Below are positions 50,500 through 64,000 of a stretch of DNA of 64,000 nt, piece by piece (the first letter of the stretch is position 1; each line of letters opens with the position of its first letter). Origin of the DNA: Camelus dromedarius. Lineage: Eukaryota. The DNA lies in contig NC_087436.1 of the NCBI RefSeq assembly GCF_036321535.1, positions 106,580,001 to 106,644,000 on the forward strand, given 5' to 3'. Under the pieces are notes generated by a model that worked only from the letters and a program-made list of their open reading frames with translations, was not told the DNA's origin and searched no databases. The translations under genes were made by a program, and so were the position numbers.

Positions 50500-50672
50500 G
50501 GCTCAACGGCTCTCCAACCTCTCTGCCCATTAGAATTAGTCACCTTAAAAGTCTTTCAAAAATCATCAATGCCTGAATCTCACCTCTTCACCTTCATTGA
50601 TTTGAGAAGGATCACTGGCATCAGTAGTTTTTAAAAGTATCCAAGTGATAACTAATGCAGAGAAACTATTGA
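50500..50672. mobile_element. MER5-family hAT fragment
   Basis: ctctccaacct...cattagaat...ggcatcagtagtttttaaaag...caagtgataactaatgcag. Confidence 0.65.
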
Positions 50673-50929
50673 TACATCTGAGACCTAATTTAAGTCACTG
50701 TTTGTATAACCTGGCACCTGGCATTTCAGTTTTGGATTACCTACCCCAAGTCAACTACTTGAACCACATTGCTTATACAATTGTCATCTTAGGGTAATTT
50801 AACCCAGTAAGGGTAGAGTCAAAGCAAAGCCCACTTTAGGACATAATAGATGCTAAATAAAGGTACGTAGTTTCTCACTTACCTTGTGTTCAGGCCATTG
50901 CTCCTCTTCTCTCTCACTTTATCTGACTA

Positions 50930-51140
50930 ACCCAGTCCATCTCATCTTCAACATATCATATAATCTCTCTTTACTGTGTCCATTTTTTCTCCTTATTAAC
51001 AATTCCAGTTTTCAAATGAAGAAACTGGGTTTCAGAGAGCTCAGTCAACTTAGAGAAGATCATTCACACTCTCAGTAAAGGGCAGACCAAAGGCTCAACT
51101 CAAATTTTTCTGATCACAAAATCTATGCTCTTTCCAACCA
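50930..51140 (-). mobile_element. MIR SINE
   Basis: ttttcaaatgaagaaactgggtttcagagag. Confidence 0.7.
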
Positions 51141-52299
51141 CACCAATGTATTCCACAGTATTATTACTGCTCCTCTTATTTTTGAAAGCCCTTTGACTGG
51201 AGATAAAGCCTTTTATTTCACAAGGAGGAATGGAGCTTGAGGGAAAATGCCTCTGGAGGGGGTAGAGTAATAAAATAGAACCACACTGATGTTATACATG
51301 ACTAATTGCAGATCCTTTCATGAGAATTACTACAACATTATTTTTTGCTGGTTATAAGAATTTTTACATGCTTGTTGAAAAAATATCTGGAAAAAAGATA
51401 AAAAATAGAAGGAAGACATCTACTAGAGAATGACCGTTCTTGAAAGCCACTCTTAATATTTTGATGTGTTTTTTATTCTCATCCATTTATCTCAAAATTG
51501 AGATCAAATGATAGACACAATTTTCTCTCCCAAATCATCAGCTGGTATTATATACTGACTATTCCACCAATTCCTGGAAAAGTCTTTGAGTTTTTGAAAG
51601 ATGTCTAATGGCTGCAAAATATCTTGTAGCAAAGAGCCACTATCATTTATTTAACCAGTTTTAGCAGCGAATGATAGAAATGGATTTTGAAAGATGTGGG
51701 GATATTTTACAAATGGACAAGGGAACACAAGAACTTGTATGCCAGCTCTGTGTCAATACACACTGACCTGGTTTGCTTCCCAAGATCCACAGCTGTAACT
51801 GCTCTGTGCTCATGGTTGACTATTTGATTTGGATTTGAACTGAATCTTTGGAGAGTTTAGATTATGCCAGTCTTACAAAGGAGAAAGATCAACCTTAAAA
51901 TAGAGGAAAAAAAGGTAGGAAACAGTAAACGAGGATTATTTCATTAAGTTGGAAATGCATGGGTACTTTTCTTCGCCTTTGACAACACTAAGAGGGCAGT
52001 CAGCACTTTTTAGTGGCGCACACATTGAAAAATAGAAAGTGACTTGTGAATATCTTCTTAAACTAGCATAATCACTAATTAATTATAAGATTTTATACTT
52101 TAACATTTAAACATTATTCATTGGACACATATACTGTGTGAAACACTAGACATTTAGGGTATAATGATGGGCAAGAGAGACAGAATTCATCTTCTGGTTG
52201 ATTTGGAAAATGTAACATTATTATGTAATTCTACTTTCTCATTTATAAAATAAAGGAATCTCTATAGCCTCTTTCAGTAATAAAATATTATTTTCTCAC

Positions 52300-53130
52300 C
52301 TCATTCATTAACTTAAGAAACATTTGCTACCTGACTACAGCATTGCATGCATTTTGCTAGTTGTTGCTGATGCAAAGTTACTTGCTCTTAAGGAACTCAC
52401 TGTACGGTGAAAGTAGGTAATAGCAACATAATTTACAATGAAATGCAATGGCTTGCTATTATGGAAGTATGCAGCGGGTAATTAGGGTCACCTACAGAAA
52501 GCATCTGTTTTTCTGAGAGGGAATGGGAAGTCTGAAACAGTGTAGTAGAGGAGAAGAAATTGAGTTTTCCTAACACAGGAGCAAAAGTGTTTCATGCTGA
52601 GCATCAGGGAAGGGACATGTAGCATATACAGAACCACAGGAACGTGAGAGGACATCATATACTCAGAAAATGATTGAGACATAAGTCATGCTTCTTACTC
52701 TAGCCATTCTACAAGTGTTTACTGCACACCTTGAGTGCTAGGTGCTGCACTGAGCCCCAGAAATAAAAGGGCGATCAGCAGGAATGTGGGTCCTGACTTC
52801 AGAGGGCTTAAAGTTTACTGATGGAGACACACAAGAGACAAATAATCACTCAGCTCAATCAACACATAATTATAGATTGTCACAAGGGCTATGAAGGAGA
52901 ATTCTAGAGTCACCCCAGTAGGCTTAAACATTTTAAGAATCATTTGGGAAAAATGAGATGAACACTCCAAGTGGTAGAAATAATATGTTCAAAATATCTC
53001 TTAAAGAAGGTTGGACATAGTGATTTGGTGGGCTTTGCAGAAGCAAGCAGAACAGAGGGGATTGGCACAAGGTAAGTTTCAAGCAGAGACTTAGACCAAG
53101 GGTCATCTTGGGCCATGATCAGTTCTTACT
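52300..53130 (-). mobile_element. L2 LINE fragments (two adjacent)
   Basis: ctcattcattaac...aaacatttg; cttgctcttaaggaactcac; gtgctaggtgctgcactgagc...cctgacttcagagggctta. Confidence 0.65.
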
Positions 53131-54649
53131 GAGGTCTTCGATTATGCTAAACATTTACTAACGTGGTCTTTCAATCCTGTTATTTAGCCTCTACCTAGTT
53201 CCCAAGTTTCTTCTTTACTATGTTTCTCCTCCTAAGTGGACCTCTGGAATTTTCTACCATTTACTTCATTTTTCAGGAACTGCTCTTCCCCAGTTCCCAT
53301 GGTTATCATGGTGCTCCCAGCCTCATCACACATGCTGGTTCCTGGTGATTGGTTTTAGGGATCCGCACAGCTTCAAGTTAGGCCAATCAGAGTGCCCCTT
53401 GCTTCAGGCCAGAGTATATGAGTCAAGTGTTTTTTCCAGTAAGTTTGTTCCCAGATCATTTTTCTTTATTTCCAATTCCAGAGGATGTGTGGTAGCCCAC
53501 ACCATGAGTTGCACAAAGTGCTATTTTACTTTTTTTGCTAACAACTGGAGCAGAAAACAATACAGGATCTCCTGAACCTTTGCTGTTGTGTCTGGAATGT
53601 GCCTGGAACAACTAGTGTTTATTGTAGACAAAAATGTCCAGGAGAAAGATGCCACTCACCTTCACACCACACTGCATATTTATGGTTTAGCCAAAAGGAG
53701 GGTTGAAAAGATCTGATATTTGTAAGTAACAAAGACTATATCAGGGGATCTCTGGACCCAGGCGCTGGGACAGGAAGTATGAATACCGTGGGTCATACCT
53801 GCACCTCGACATCCCTGGAAATAGCCTTGAGGAGACTTTTCATGCTGGGATGACCAATACAAAAAGCCTTGGCATTTTCCTGTAAACTGGCTCAGTCTAC
53901 TTCATCACTGAACTCAAAGAAAAAGAGAAAAAGAAAATTGTCCTTCTTCACTTACTTACAATGCCCAAAGAGGCATTGGTCTATCCTAGAGTGCATCAAA
54001 GCAAAAGAAGGCATAAAGGACACAGACATTTTGGTAATTCAAACAACAGTAGCTGGCATAGCACATGCACAGTCCTACTGATGGGCACTCTTTTTCCCGG
54101 GGCTTTTGAGGTTGTCTGGATGGACAAGTGGAAGTTCTAGAAGGAAACACAAGCTTCTTAGAATCCTTATCTGGAGAAAATTTCTCTGAGAAGGCTATTT
54201 TCTCAGACTGTGTGTGAGGAGGACATGTGCTTGGTTATCCCAAATACAAAGTGGAGAGGGGACAGATGTCATAGCCAGACCACCTTCATACTTCTTAAGA
54301 AGTGGGACTTGCCATCTATAATGCTATCTTAAGGTTTATGCTTGTAAAGGGAGATTTTGAATTGTTACTCCATGAATAAATGAAATGCTAATTTTGAGGA
54401 GACGATGAGGAGAGATGTTAGACATAATGCAGAAAAAGCCCCAAATGACTGTGTGGTTCATTATGGTCAGTAAAATTCTGCTAAATGCGTCCAGGGCTTT
54501 GCAGAACCTTTAATACATTAATTTATGTTGTAAATCTGTAAAGAAGCAGAACTATAATCATGATTTCCCCAAGTTCACTTAAATAAAGGAATCTTTTATT
54601 TTTCTATCCAGATTCTTGAAGGACTCATTCTTATAATAATGTGACTAAT

Positions 54650-54880
54650 GCTAATTGAGCATTTAATATGTGCCAGGAACTACAGTAATTGGTTTACACA
54701 AATTATTTAACACTCACGAGAAGTCAAAGATGTAAAATCTATTACTCCTCTCCTTCAGGGAGGAAAACTAAGGCTCTGTGTATTTAACAACTTCCCCAGA
54801 CTCACGCTTGTGTATGGAGATGCCTTGATTTGAACCAAAGCAGTCTGACTCCAGAAGTTTTGCTGTTAACCACCTGATAT
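54650..54880 (-). mobile_element. MIR SINE
   Basis: attgagcatttaatatgtgccagg...gaggaaaactaaggctc...tttgaaccaaagcagtctgactccaga. Confidence 0.85.
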
Positions 54881-55469
54881 TGCCACGCATAGTTCTAGCA
54901 TGAAGAAAAGCTGGCAAAGAATGTAGAACTCTTTAACGATACTCACCTTCTATATGAATTGGTCTTTTATCACCTGGAGTTATACTGTTTTAGAACATCT
55001 GATATCCCTACATTGGTCTAATAGAATTCACAACAGTGAGTAATGTTTTCGCTGAATCCACCAATATTTCTACAAGGAAACTTACCAATTTATTTTTAAA
55101 AACCAACATCATAGAGAACCTTAGCTATGCTTTCCAGTTGTCCCTCACCTGGGGGAGGTGGATGGGTCTGTAATTAACTTCTCTTAAAAAAAGGAATCTT
55201 TATATAGAAGGAAACAAAACACAAGATTTCTGTCTCCATGGAGCTCCTGTTGCTTTTTTGTAACTTGAAATGTAAAAGTTCACAGTAGATTATTACTCTA
55301 ACTTTAGAGCTAAAAACCTCACAATATTTTAGTTAAGACCATCATAAGCCAGAAAAATGCTGCAGACTCTATATGGGGTTTTAGATTCCTGCTATGTGGA
55401 CATTTCAGCTGCCTTTAAAATTAAAATCAACATAGAAAACATGATTTCATCATCTGGATAAGTAACTGA

Positions 55470-55498
55470 ACACACACATGCACAAGTGGACACACGTA

Positions 55499-55530
<32 letters not shown>
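55470..55530. repeat. Compound (CA)n microsatellite
   Basis: Imperfect CA run ending in (AC)12. Confidence 0.9.
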
Positions 55531-55536
<6 letters not shown>

Positions 55537-56956
55537 GAATTCAACAAGGGCTAACAGAAATATTGAGCCTGGAGAGATTCATCCGGAATCAGACAAACCA
55601 CCTTTCTCAAACTTCAACTGTAACTTTCACATGTACATTCACGCCATGTATTGTATGGGTCAGTGGGCTGAAACCACATGGTTTTTGAGATAGTTAATGT
55701 TATCAAAGAAGCATCTGGAGGATGTTCAAGGTTAATGAGAATGCCATTCTTGAACGTCTTATTGAACATTGGGAGTTCCTTCTAAGACGTCTAGATTCTA
55801 GTAAGCCATCATTTTTTTTTATCAATATGAGCTAAAATTTTGCTTATTTTATCAACATTCTCTCTTTTCACAAATGAAATGTCAGAAATGAATAAACAGC
55901 ACTCTCAAAGTTTCCCCATTTAATATACGAAAGGATATAGACATATAAGCAACCAGCTGTGTATTCATATGTGGACAACATAATACCAAAGCCAATTGTG
56001 CAAATACAATCTCAAAGTAGTTTTCTGTAAAACTCAGATGTTTGATTGCATTGCAGCATTACTAACTTAAGTGAAGCACACTTAAAATATTCTATTTTTA
56101 TTTTGAGGAACATTTCTTATGCCCAAAGTTGTTTTTTTTCCCTTTTATTTCCTAAGAAATTTCACTAAGTAGCCTGTTGCAGGTGAGGGCACCAAGGCTG
56201 AGAAAGGTGAAGTGACTTCTCTAAAGTTACACAGCCAACAAATGGACGAGTCAGGATGGACTGAGATGTGTGATTCTCTGACTAGACTGCCCATGAGTTT
56301 CCTTTACTCTTTGATTAAACTCTGATTTCCGTGGTGGGGGGAAGGAAAAGAAAATTAATTTGGGGGGGCTATACACACCTTTACTACAACACAAAATCAA
56401 GAATACACTTGGATTCTTCCTAGGTTCTCTGATCACTTTTAGATCACACTCTAGTCAGGACCACCTTAATTCTGAGGATCAGGCTTGAATGAATAAAAGC
56501 ATACTAGAATCTCCAAAAAATGCCCATCATTGGCATTTTCCTGATTCTTTATTAACATCACTGGGCTATTGATGGTTACAAACTTCCTAACTCAATTGGT
56601 ACTTAGTCCTGGGCAACTAAGGTGCTCTGAGGGGGTTTCTCGTTTTGGATATCCGTGCTTTGTGACGTTTGTAATCCTACGGCACTGTAACAGCTGGCAG
56701 AACTCATCCTGAGCTCCTAAATAGGCGGTGGGAGAAATCTGGGGGGAGAGGATCTTCTAGAGAACATTCTTGATGCAGAACAAGCTGAGGGAGAGATAAT
56801 GGTTGATGTTAAGATTTCTCTTTATTCTTTCACTATACTGCACTCCATTTTTGATATTGGTAAAATCTGAGAAGTAAACGTCATTCTGTTAAACTGTAAG
56901 AAAAAGCTAATTTGCCCCACCATGGCCGGGTGAGGAAAGCGGGCCTAATTTCGATC

Positions 56957-56975
56957 AGACGCCCTCTGATGGCAG
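56957..56975 (-). promoter_or_regulatory. Candidate CTCF binding site
   Basis: Minus strand CTGCCATCAGAGGGCGTCT vs core CCASYAGRKGGCR, one core mismatch; several CpGs retained nearby. Confidence 0.55.
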
Positions 56976-57179
56976 CAGTATGAAATTGGGCATCCATAAA
57001 CACAGCGGGGAGCTCTGGACTTCAAGTTGTGGTGCTGGACTCATGGGAAAGGACGTATGTACTTAGAGCAGCTTTTTTTCTGGACACTCCTCACCCAAGC
57101 CTCCAAATATATTGACATCTAAGAAAACCCTTTGATTGATAGTTTTCTATTTTACAAAGCAATTTTATGTATGAAGACT

Positions 57180-57330
57180 TCATTAAATCTTCACCATACT
57201 CTATGATGGTTACTATTATTTCTTTCTGTTGTGAATGAGGAATGAGGCTGAGAGAAGGTAAATGACTTGCCCAAGTCACACAGGTAATAAACAGATGAGC
57301 TCGACTTCAGAATTAAGTCTGGTACTTCTT
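57180..57330 (-). mobile_element. MIR SINE
   Basis: gaggaatgaggctgagagaaggtaaatgacttgcccaagtcacacag. Confidence 0.85.
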
Positions 57331-60300
57331 TTCCTGTACCTTCCATTAACCTTCCAAAGCTCACTAACATTCAAGAAGTACCAAATATGGAAGCATGATT
57401 TAAACCAATAGAGAGTCCAGACTGACTATTAAATTATCATACGTATTTTTATTATAATATTCAAATACAAAGGAAGATATGTGATTTGCTATTCTCACAT
57501 CTGCCTAGCGGGTTGAAAATCCAATGTTTGCATGTAGCAGAGTTTGAAAAGTTTCAGATCTTTTTAAATTAATATTTCTACTACAATTAACCCACATTTA
57601 GTTAAGGTGGGAAAAAGAAGTTTTACGTACCAAGTTGTTTGTTGGTATTTGCTTTAAACGATGACATAAAGTAAATATTTCCCAAAGACTTTGATTTAAT
57701 GGTAGACAAAGGGATGGAATATTATGTAACCATTAAAGTAATGTTTATGAGATGCTTTTAGTAATACGGAAAATTCTTTTTATGAAGACACAAAGGAAAG
57801 CAGAATATACAAGTGTATATATTCAGGAAATATATATGCAAAAGAAACAGAAGGAAAAAACTAGAATCTCATCAGTAATTGTAAAGATAAGATTGTGAGT
57901 GATAATGTATGTATTCTTTTTTTCTGCTTCTATCCATTTGGATGGTTTTCCAAAATGATAATTTTTTTTCTTTATAATTTAAAAACATGATTTTAAAAGG
58001 TAAAAAATGCACTTTGAAAAATCACATGAAAGTGTGTGGTGCACTAGTGTGACATTTTGGCTGGGGCTTTTCCCTGAAGTCAGAGAGCCTGGCTGGGCTC
58101 AGTTGGTGGGTGGTGCTAACTTGTCTCTAAAGGATCTTTCTGCGTCTGTTTCCTATGACTATGGACCAGAATGACCCGTGTCCATCTCTTGGCTTCTTCC
58201 TTCCTGAGAGCACCCTGATGTCCTTTCCAGGCAACCCCTCACTGTGTGTGGTCGGGGCGTGAGGGAGGGCTGCCTTCCCACTCTTTCTCCTCCTCTAGGC
58301 TACCCGTAAGCTCGGGCTTTGAATTTTGACCTAGTGGCTCTAGAACATAGTGTTGGGTGAAGATCATTTGATTTCTATGCTATGGAACTACTGCCATGTT
58401 TCCTTCTAACAGTTTGGAGCTCTTCCAGTGCCTGTTCATTCGTAAGCCTAGCTTCTCCAGCCTGCCTTCAGTTCTGTGACCTCTTATCTTTCCAGGAGAT
58501 TCCTTTCCATTGAATTAATCTAGAATCATGTTCCATTGCTTTGAATCCAGAACGCTGACTAATACACCCCCTGACGGCCATTCTCCATTGTGAGTAGCAG
58601 CAAATACGTTCCTTCAGGTCCATAAAAATTAGCAAGGAAGCACTGTCAGTATTCAAATAAAATTAAAAGTAAAGGCTAACTGCCGTTAACATAACACCTC
58701 ATCCAGAAGGACCTAGTGAAAGCACCAAAGGTCATGATATGGCAATTCAAAGCTTTAAAAGTGTTTTAATGTCATAAACACATTTTAGGCTTCAGTATGA
58801 TCTGAGAACTAATTCTTATAGTAGCCATGAAGGAAGCTGGGGGGATGCTCAGGGATTAAAATGCCATTTTCCCATTGGAAGCAGAAGACTGCAGTACATT
58901 GCAGAGTTCTTGATTGTCGTGCTCCTAGACACGGGATTTTTTTTTTTTTTTTTTTTGGTTGTTACTCTGGCTGTTCTTCAAGACCTTTGTTGAGAAGGAC
59001 ATAGTCTTTGGCCAGTTTAAGCTACTTTCAGTGTTCTGAAGATAACCTGCTAATGCTCCAATTCCTTTGTAATTAAAATCTTCCCAGAGTGGTGCATTGG
59101 ATTTGTAATAACTCTCTCATGACAGCGAAGCCAAGCAGAGGACCCAAGTCATCAGCCTGTTTTCCTGTAGTCTTTTACAGAATAACATTCCTTACCACAG
59201 ACACTCAGCTCCTTAAAGCAGTTTTAACTCAAGGAGACAAGCGTTCTTTTAGAGGGTCCAAAAACCCAAGCAGCTTTTAAAACAGGACGCTGACATAATT
59301 GGCTTTGGTTCTATTTACTTAGCAAGTGGGTTAACCAGGATAACAAGTTTGACTTGCAAATAAATTTCTTCAAAAGGATACAAAGAAAGCTACCCTAACT
59401 TCAGAAACAGCAGTGGGGCTGGAGGCTCCAGGTTGGGATGGGGACGGAAGGAGCTGGCGTTGGTTCTCCCCTGTACTGACTATTAACTCCTCTCCTGCTC
59501 TCATTCCTCCTTGCTCCCAGCCCACCTGGGGTGAGATGGGCAGGAGCTGCTGGCAGGTCTCTTGAAGAGGTTACAGCAGGAGGATGAGCCAGCATTTTTA
59601 GGCTCCAGAAAACCCAGAGACTCTGCTTTCTTTTTAGAGCCGAAGTAATGCCCTGCGTGTTGCCACTTTGCACGCTGTCTAGTCCCAGAGATAAAACCTG
59701 CCTGCCCTGTTTCTTCCCCGCCATACCGATTCTCTCCTCCCAAACCCTGGGCAGCGTTTTCTCATCCGCCTAAATCAGCTGAAGACTTTATTACTGAACT
59801 TCAGTGGCCATAATATGAGCTCAGTCTGCCTTTCTCAACCTCCCTTTGCTCTCAGCTTCTTATGACTGTTTCAGCAAACAATTCTCTTCCTAGCCCTGGT
59901 TCCCGTGCCTTCTGCCTCCAAGACACCCCATTTGCTTAGATGCCCTTTCTGGTTCTACTCACCACTAAAGTAATACCTCTCTCATGTTATCCTTTTTTTT
60001 TTTTAGGTACAATTTTACATCACTTCTTTGCTTTTTCTACACTTCCTCTGGACCAGGTATTTTAAGCACTGGAATAAACCACGGTTGAAATTACACACGG
60101 TCCCTGATTTCAGAGCTTACCGTCTAGTAGAGAAACAGAAAATTAATGAGAGTGCATGCAGTAAGTGGTGGGGTAAACTGAGTGCTTTGGGGATAACTGC
60201 AGGGGTCCTCCAACCCCAGAGCTGTGATCAGAGTTGTCTTCCTCGATAAAGTAAGAACTAAAGGAGCAGGGAGATTAAGTAGGATTCAGTAAGGTGAGTT

Positions 60301-60339
60301 TAACAAGCCAAGGAGACAGGTTTTTGGGTTTTTTTTTCT

Positions 60340-60670
60340 TGTTTTTGTCAATTGTGTAGTTAATTCACACACATTATGAAATTTTGGGAAAATAGAAAAT
60401 GATAAAGAAGAATAAAAACAATTAAGTCCTTATCATTCAAATATTAGCCATTAACATCATGGCACCTTGCCTTCTAATCCTGAGTGTGCGTGTGCTGGGG
60501 GATGAGGAAGTAATGAAGAAATGAGCTCGGTTTTGTATTTATCAAATTATTTACTGTATATACGATTTTTGAATGCTGCTTTTTTTTTCACTTCAAATGG
60601 TACTATAAGCTTTGTTTCACTCCATTAAATCTTTCAAAAACACCATTTTAATGGCTCATTTGGTTTTTCT
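60340..60670 (-). mobile_element. Old L1ME-like fragment
   Basis: aaattttgggaaaatagaaaa; ctgcttttttttcactt; cattaaatcttt...catttttaatggct. Confidence 0.55.
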
Positions 60671-61239
60671 ACATGAGTCCCTCCTGGTTTCTCTCACTCC
60701 TCTGGTCACACTAGTCATCTCTCTTGTTCATGCCCTTGTATCAGACTTGCCTTCTTAGCACTCACTTGGAATTGATCATATCGGTCACATTTGTCACCTC
60801 CATCGTTTGCGGAAATTTAGAAAGACCCGGTGCCCCCAGATGGTTAGATCAAAGGTGCTTAAACCCAGGGCATTCCAGGCATCACCTTTCACTGCCTCTG
60901 GGGCTCCCCTCCTCGTGTGGTCAGTAAGTGTTTCTGATGAATCTATCAATTGATATTCCTTTAGAACATAAACACGAATCAAGCTAACACACCTTGGCTA
61001 AATCTACTCTGAACCTTGTCTGACTCCTTTCATTGGGCAACATCTCAGTTCCTTACACTGTGAGTTATTGATTTTGCCAGTCATCGTTTGTCCTGGAACT
61101 TTCCCTTTAATCCAGGTTAGGGAAGAGGTTAGGACATCAGGTGCCAGGTATTGATGGCTTCCCTTGCTGAAACAGTGAGTTCATTGGCAGCTGCTCTGGA
61201 AATCCATGCACGGAAGTCACCATCATTATATCCGCATTC

Positions 61240-61480
61240 CCTCCTGTCATTATGATTATCACCACAGTCAACATGATCATGATTGTTGACATCATTCATA
61301 GTCTGCTCCCTGTATGCCAGTCACTGTGCTTAGTGAGTTACTCGTATTATATCATTGAAATTTCAAAATAACCACCTGAGGTGAGTGTTACTGGCATTCC
61401 TACTTCCAAGAATTAAGAAAAAAATAAATGGCTGGGTTAATGATTGAACCAGATTTATCTGATTCCAGAGTGTGTGATTT
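61240..61480 (-). mobile_element. MIR SINE
   Basis: tgtatgccagtcactgtgctta...taaccacctgaggt...ttgaaccagatttatctgattccagag. Confidence 0.7.
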
Positions 61481-62047
61481 TAGGAAAGAAGGAATAAGAG
61501 AAGGTGTGTGGGTGTGTGTGTGTGTTTGTGTGGAGTCAGAAGGTAGAGAGAAGGAAATTGGGAGATGCAGAGATAGAAACTATCTTCACTTTAGGGAGAT
61601 TTGAGAGCGCTCACTAGACTTTCTGTTTCTTACTTTAAAAAGTCTGTTAGGCGAAAGCCCAATGCTCATGTTGGCACTGAGAACCCAAGGGCATTTATGG
61701 CAAAGGAAGATGATGTTCATTTGCAGTCCTGGTTTCTATTTCCCTACAAGTATTACTCTTACACTTGTTGCTGTCTTTTCTGTCCTAAATACAGGTCTTC
61801 CTGATAGTTTTTCCTCCAGTCTCACTGAGTTCTGGAGTCAAAGAGAAGTCCATGCTGCTGTATTTTAAGCTTGGATTGGTGATAACATGGCCAGATTGCC
61901 AATGGATTTCTTGAACTATATTCACATACTTTTATTTCTGTTTATGTTTCTCTTTCTCTTCTTTAGTTCATCTTTCCCCCACTTCTATCCTGACACCAAA
62001 TACAGGATAGAAAACATACAGATGTCTTGTAATAATCATATTTTAAC

Positions 62048-62570
62048 ATGTTTCTGTATATTATGATGTTTTGATATCTTAAAATACTTTTCCAGCTGGC
62101 TGGAGGGGAGACTGCCCTTCTAGGGCTGGCCGGTTCTTGGAGATAGCAAGGGGCCCAGCGTGGAGCTGACTTGGACATGCAAACTCACCAGTCCAGAGCC
62201 AAACCACCTCTATCCGGTTCCTTCGCCCCAGCAGGCAATATTCACCTGACTTAATAATCCCAGGGCCAGGGGCCAGGCAACTAGAAGCGACCCCTATTGC
62301 CCAAAGGCAGTCAAAACTATTCAAACTATCCTTTCGTAAACTGTTCACCTTGTCCTGAATTGTCTTTCCTGTCAGTAAAGGCTCTGAACCTATTCCTTGC
62401 TCCTGCTTCTGTTTCCTGAAACCTCATATCCCTTCTGTAGCTCGGCGGTGAGCCACGCCTCACTAGGGGGACTTTGAGTGACATTAAACCTTTCTTTCAA
62501 TGCTTTGACCTCTATGTGTTGTCATGCAGTCACGTTGAGAATTACAATCTGGGTACAGATAATGTTTAAT
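62048..62570 (+). mobile_element. MER74-family ERVL solo LTR
   Basis: gagactgcccttctagggctggcc..ttcttggagatagc; catgcaaactcaccagtccagagcc; cccagggccagg..ccaggcaactag; aactattcaaacta. Confidence 0.8.
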
Positions 62571-62580
62571 GTAAGATATT

Positions 62581-63121
62581 TGTGGCAGACAGACTCTAAG
62601 GTGCCCCCATGGTCTCCATCTCCTGGGGTGCATAGCCTTGTAGAAGGTCTTCCCCTTAGGCATGAGCAAGTGTACCTGTGACTTTCTCCAGCCGGTGGAA
62701 TATGGCAAAGGTGATGAGATGTCACTTTTATAATTAAGCTACTTTATAACAGATTCTATCCTGCTGGGATGCTCATTTCTGAGACTTTATTGGCTGGCCT
62801 GGTGTAGGCAAAGAACTCGGGGCAACCTCTAGTTGTTGATGGGGCCTCCAGCCCTCAGCCAGCAAGAAGCTGGGGCCCTGAGGCTTACAGCCTCAAAGAA
62901 ATTCTGAGAACAACCTGAGTTGAGAGTGAAATGGATTCTTTTCATTCGAGTCTCCAGTTAAGAAAGTAGTCCACTTGGCACACTTTGAATGTAGTCCGTA
63001 AATCAGAAGACCCAGGTAGGCCATTCCTCAAGCTCCCACAAAAACTAGCAGATAATTGAGTGTGTTCTTTTAAGTTGCTACGTTTGTAGCCATTTTTACA
63101 TAGCAATAGATAACTAATAAA
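62581..63121 (+). mobile_element. MLT1E-family MaLR solo LTR
   Basis: Starts tgtggcagacagactctaaggtgccccc; cagccagcaagaagctggggccct; ends tacatagcaatagataactaata. Confidence 0.9.
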
Positions 63122-63479
63122 GCATTCGAGGGCAATCTGGCTTCTCCTCCTTGCCTTCCTGATTCATTCTAGCAGAAGTCACCAGCGCCCTCCGGATCAC
63201 CAGCATCATTCAGATCCTTTTGGTCTTTACAGCACAGGCCCTCTCGGGGACGTTCCCACCTACACCTTTTGAGACTCTTTACTTCAGTGTTGAACTAAAA
63301 GCACACATCAGACTTAATGTGGAACTCTCTCAAAATACACACGTCCAGGCCCTCCTAAGGGGAATTAAGTCAGATCGGAGAGGCTAGAGTGGATCGTGAG
63401 CATATGTATTTTGAGAAGGTAACACAGGTGGTTCTCGGGGCAGTCTTCCAGAGGAGGTGCTGCTGGCCCAACCCCGTCC

Positions 63480-64000
63480 CTTCTGGGATCCTGTGCTCTC
63501 CTCAAGGATAGGGTTCTCCCAGGTTCCATTCCGGCCTCACTGCCTTACTTCTTTCCACATGCTTCATTGGCCAGTGTAATCTATCCCTGATGCTTTACAA
63601 CCGTCCACTTGCTGATGACGCCAAAGTCTCTGTCTTCATCTTGAATTCATACCTGAAGACAACTTACTAAACATATGCGTCTGAATGTTTTGCAGCCTCC
63701 TCCAGCTCAGCACATTGAGAACTACACTCACCATTCCAGCCTCACTCATCAGCCTGCCCTCTCCCTGTATTTTCTTGCCCAGTGAATGGTGGCCCTCTCC
63801 GTTCAGACACTGAAGTCAGAAAACTGGGAGGTTATTTCAAGCTTTAAACCCTTTTAATGACTCCTTATCATCTACAGAATTATTCTGTATTCCTTCGTCT
63901 CCCCAAGGCTTCCCTGAACCATCCCCAACCTATTACCTTAATTCCTGCCCTCAGCTTCTTACGTTTGGTGTGTGGATAATCCTTAACTTCTTGAAGTTAA
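63480..64000 (+). mobile_element. L2 LINE internal fragment
   Basis: gctgatgacgccaaagtc; caacttactaaacat...tctgaatg; agtcagaaaactgggaggt. Confidence 0.7.

Noticed and set aside
55720..55760. Short hairpin gatgttcaag...cttgaacgtc
   Set aside because: Only about 10 bp with a wobble; expected by chance in 64 kb
1..64000. tRNA, rRNA, snRNA, known miRNA or CRISPR arrays
   Set aside because: None recognised by eye, and no regularly spaced repeat-spacer array. An Rfam/Infernal and miRBase search would be needed to exclude small RNAs formally.

Overview
AT-rich, CpG-depleted mammalian genomic DNA. It is most likely from a cetartiodactyl, plausibly a camelid. That call is an inference from the style of the young L1 3' ends and from not seeing Alu, B1, SINEC, Bov-tA/BovB, PRE-1 or CHR-type SINEs. 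I recognise no host protein-coding exon, RNA gene or CRISPR array. The listed ORFs are chance ORFs or transposon remnants, so the window looks intronic or intergenic. It is densely filled with old interspersed repeats: MIR, L2, L1M, MaLR/ERVL LTRs, hAT and Tigger DNA transposons, a decayed ERVL gag-pol segment, a CR1/L3 relic and a Charlie transposase relic. The most notable non-repeat signals are: a compact promoter-like module at about 536-721 with two perfect CACGTG E-boxes 7 bp apart; a cluster of good splice signals suggesting non-coding exons; a CpG-retaining patch near 15.0 kb; a strong CTCF-like motif near 56.96 kb; and a perfect 21-bp inverted repeat (59-nt hairpin) inside a decayed L1. 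Repeat names come from recalled consensus similarity judged by eye, and repeat boundaries are approximate. I cannot name the host locus, and I found no convincing evidence of a novel multi-gene system.
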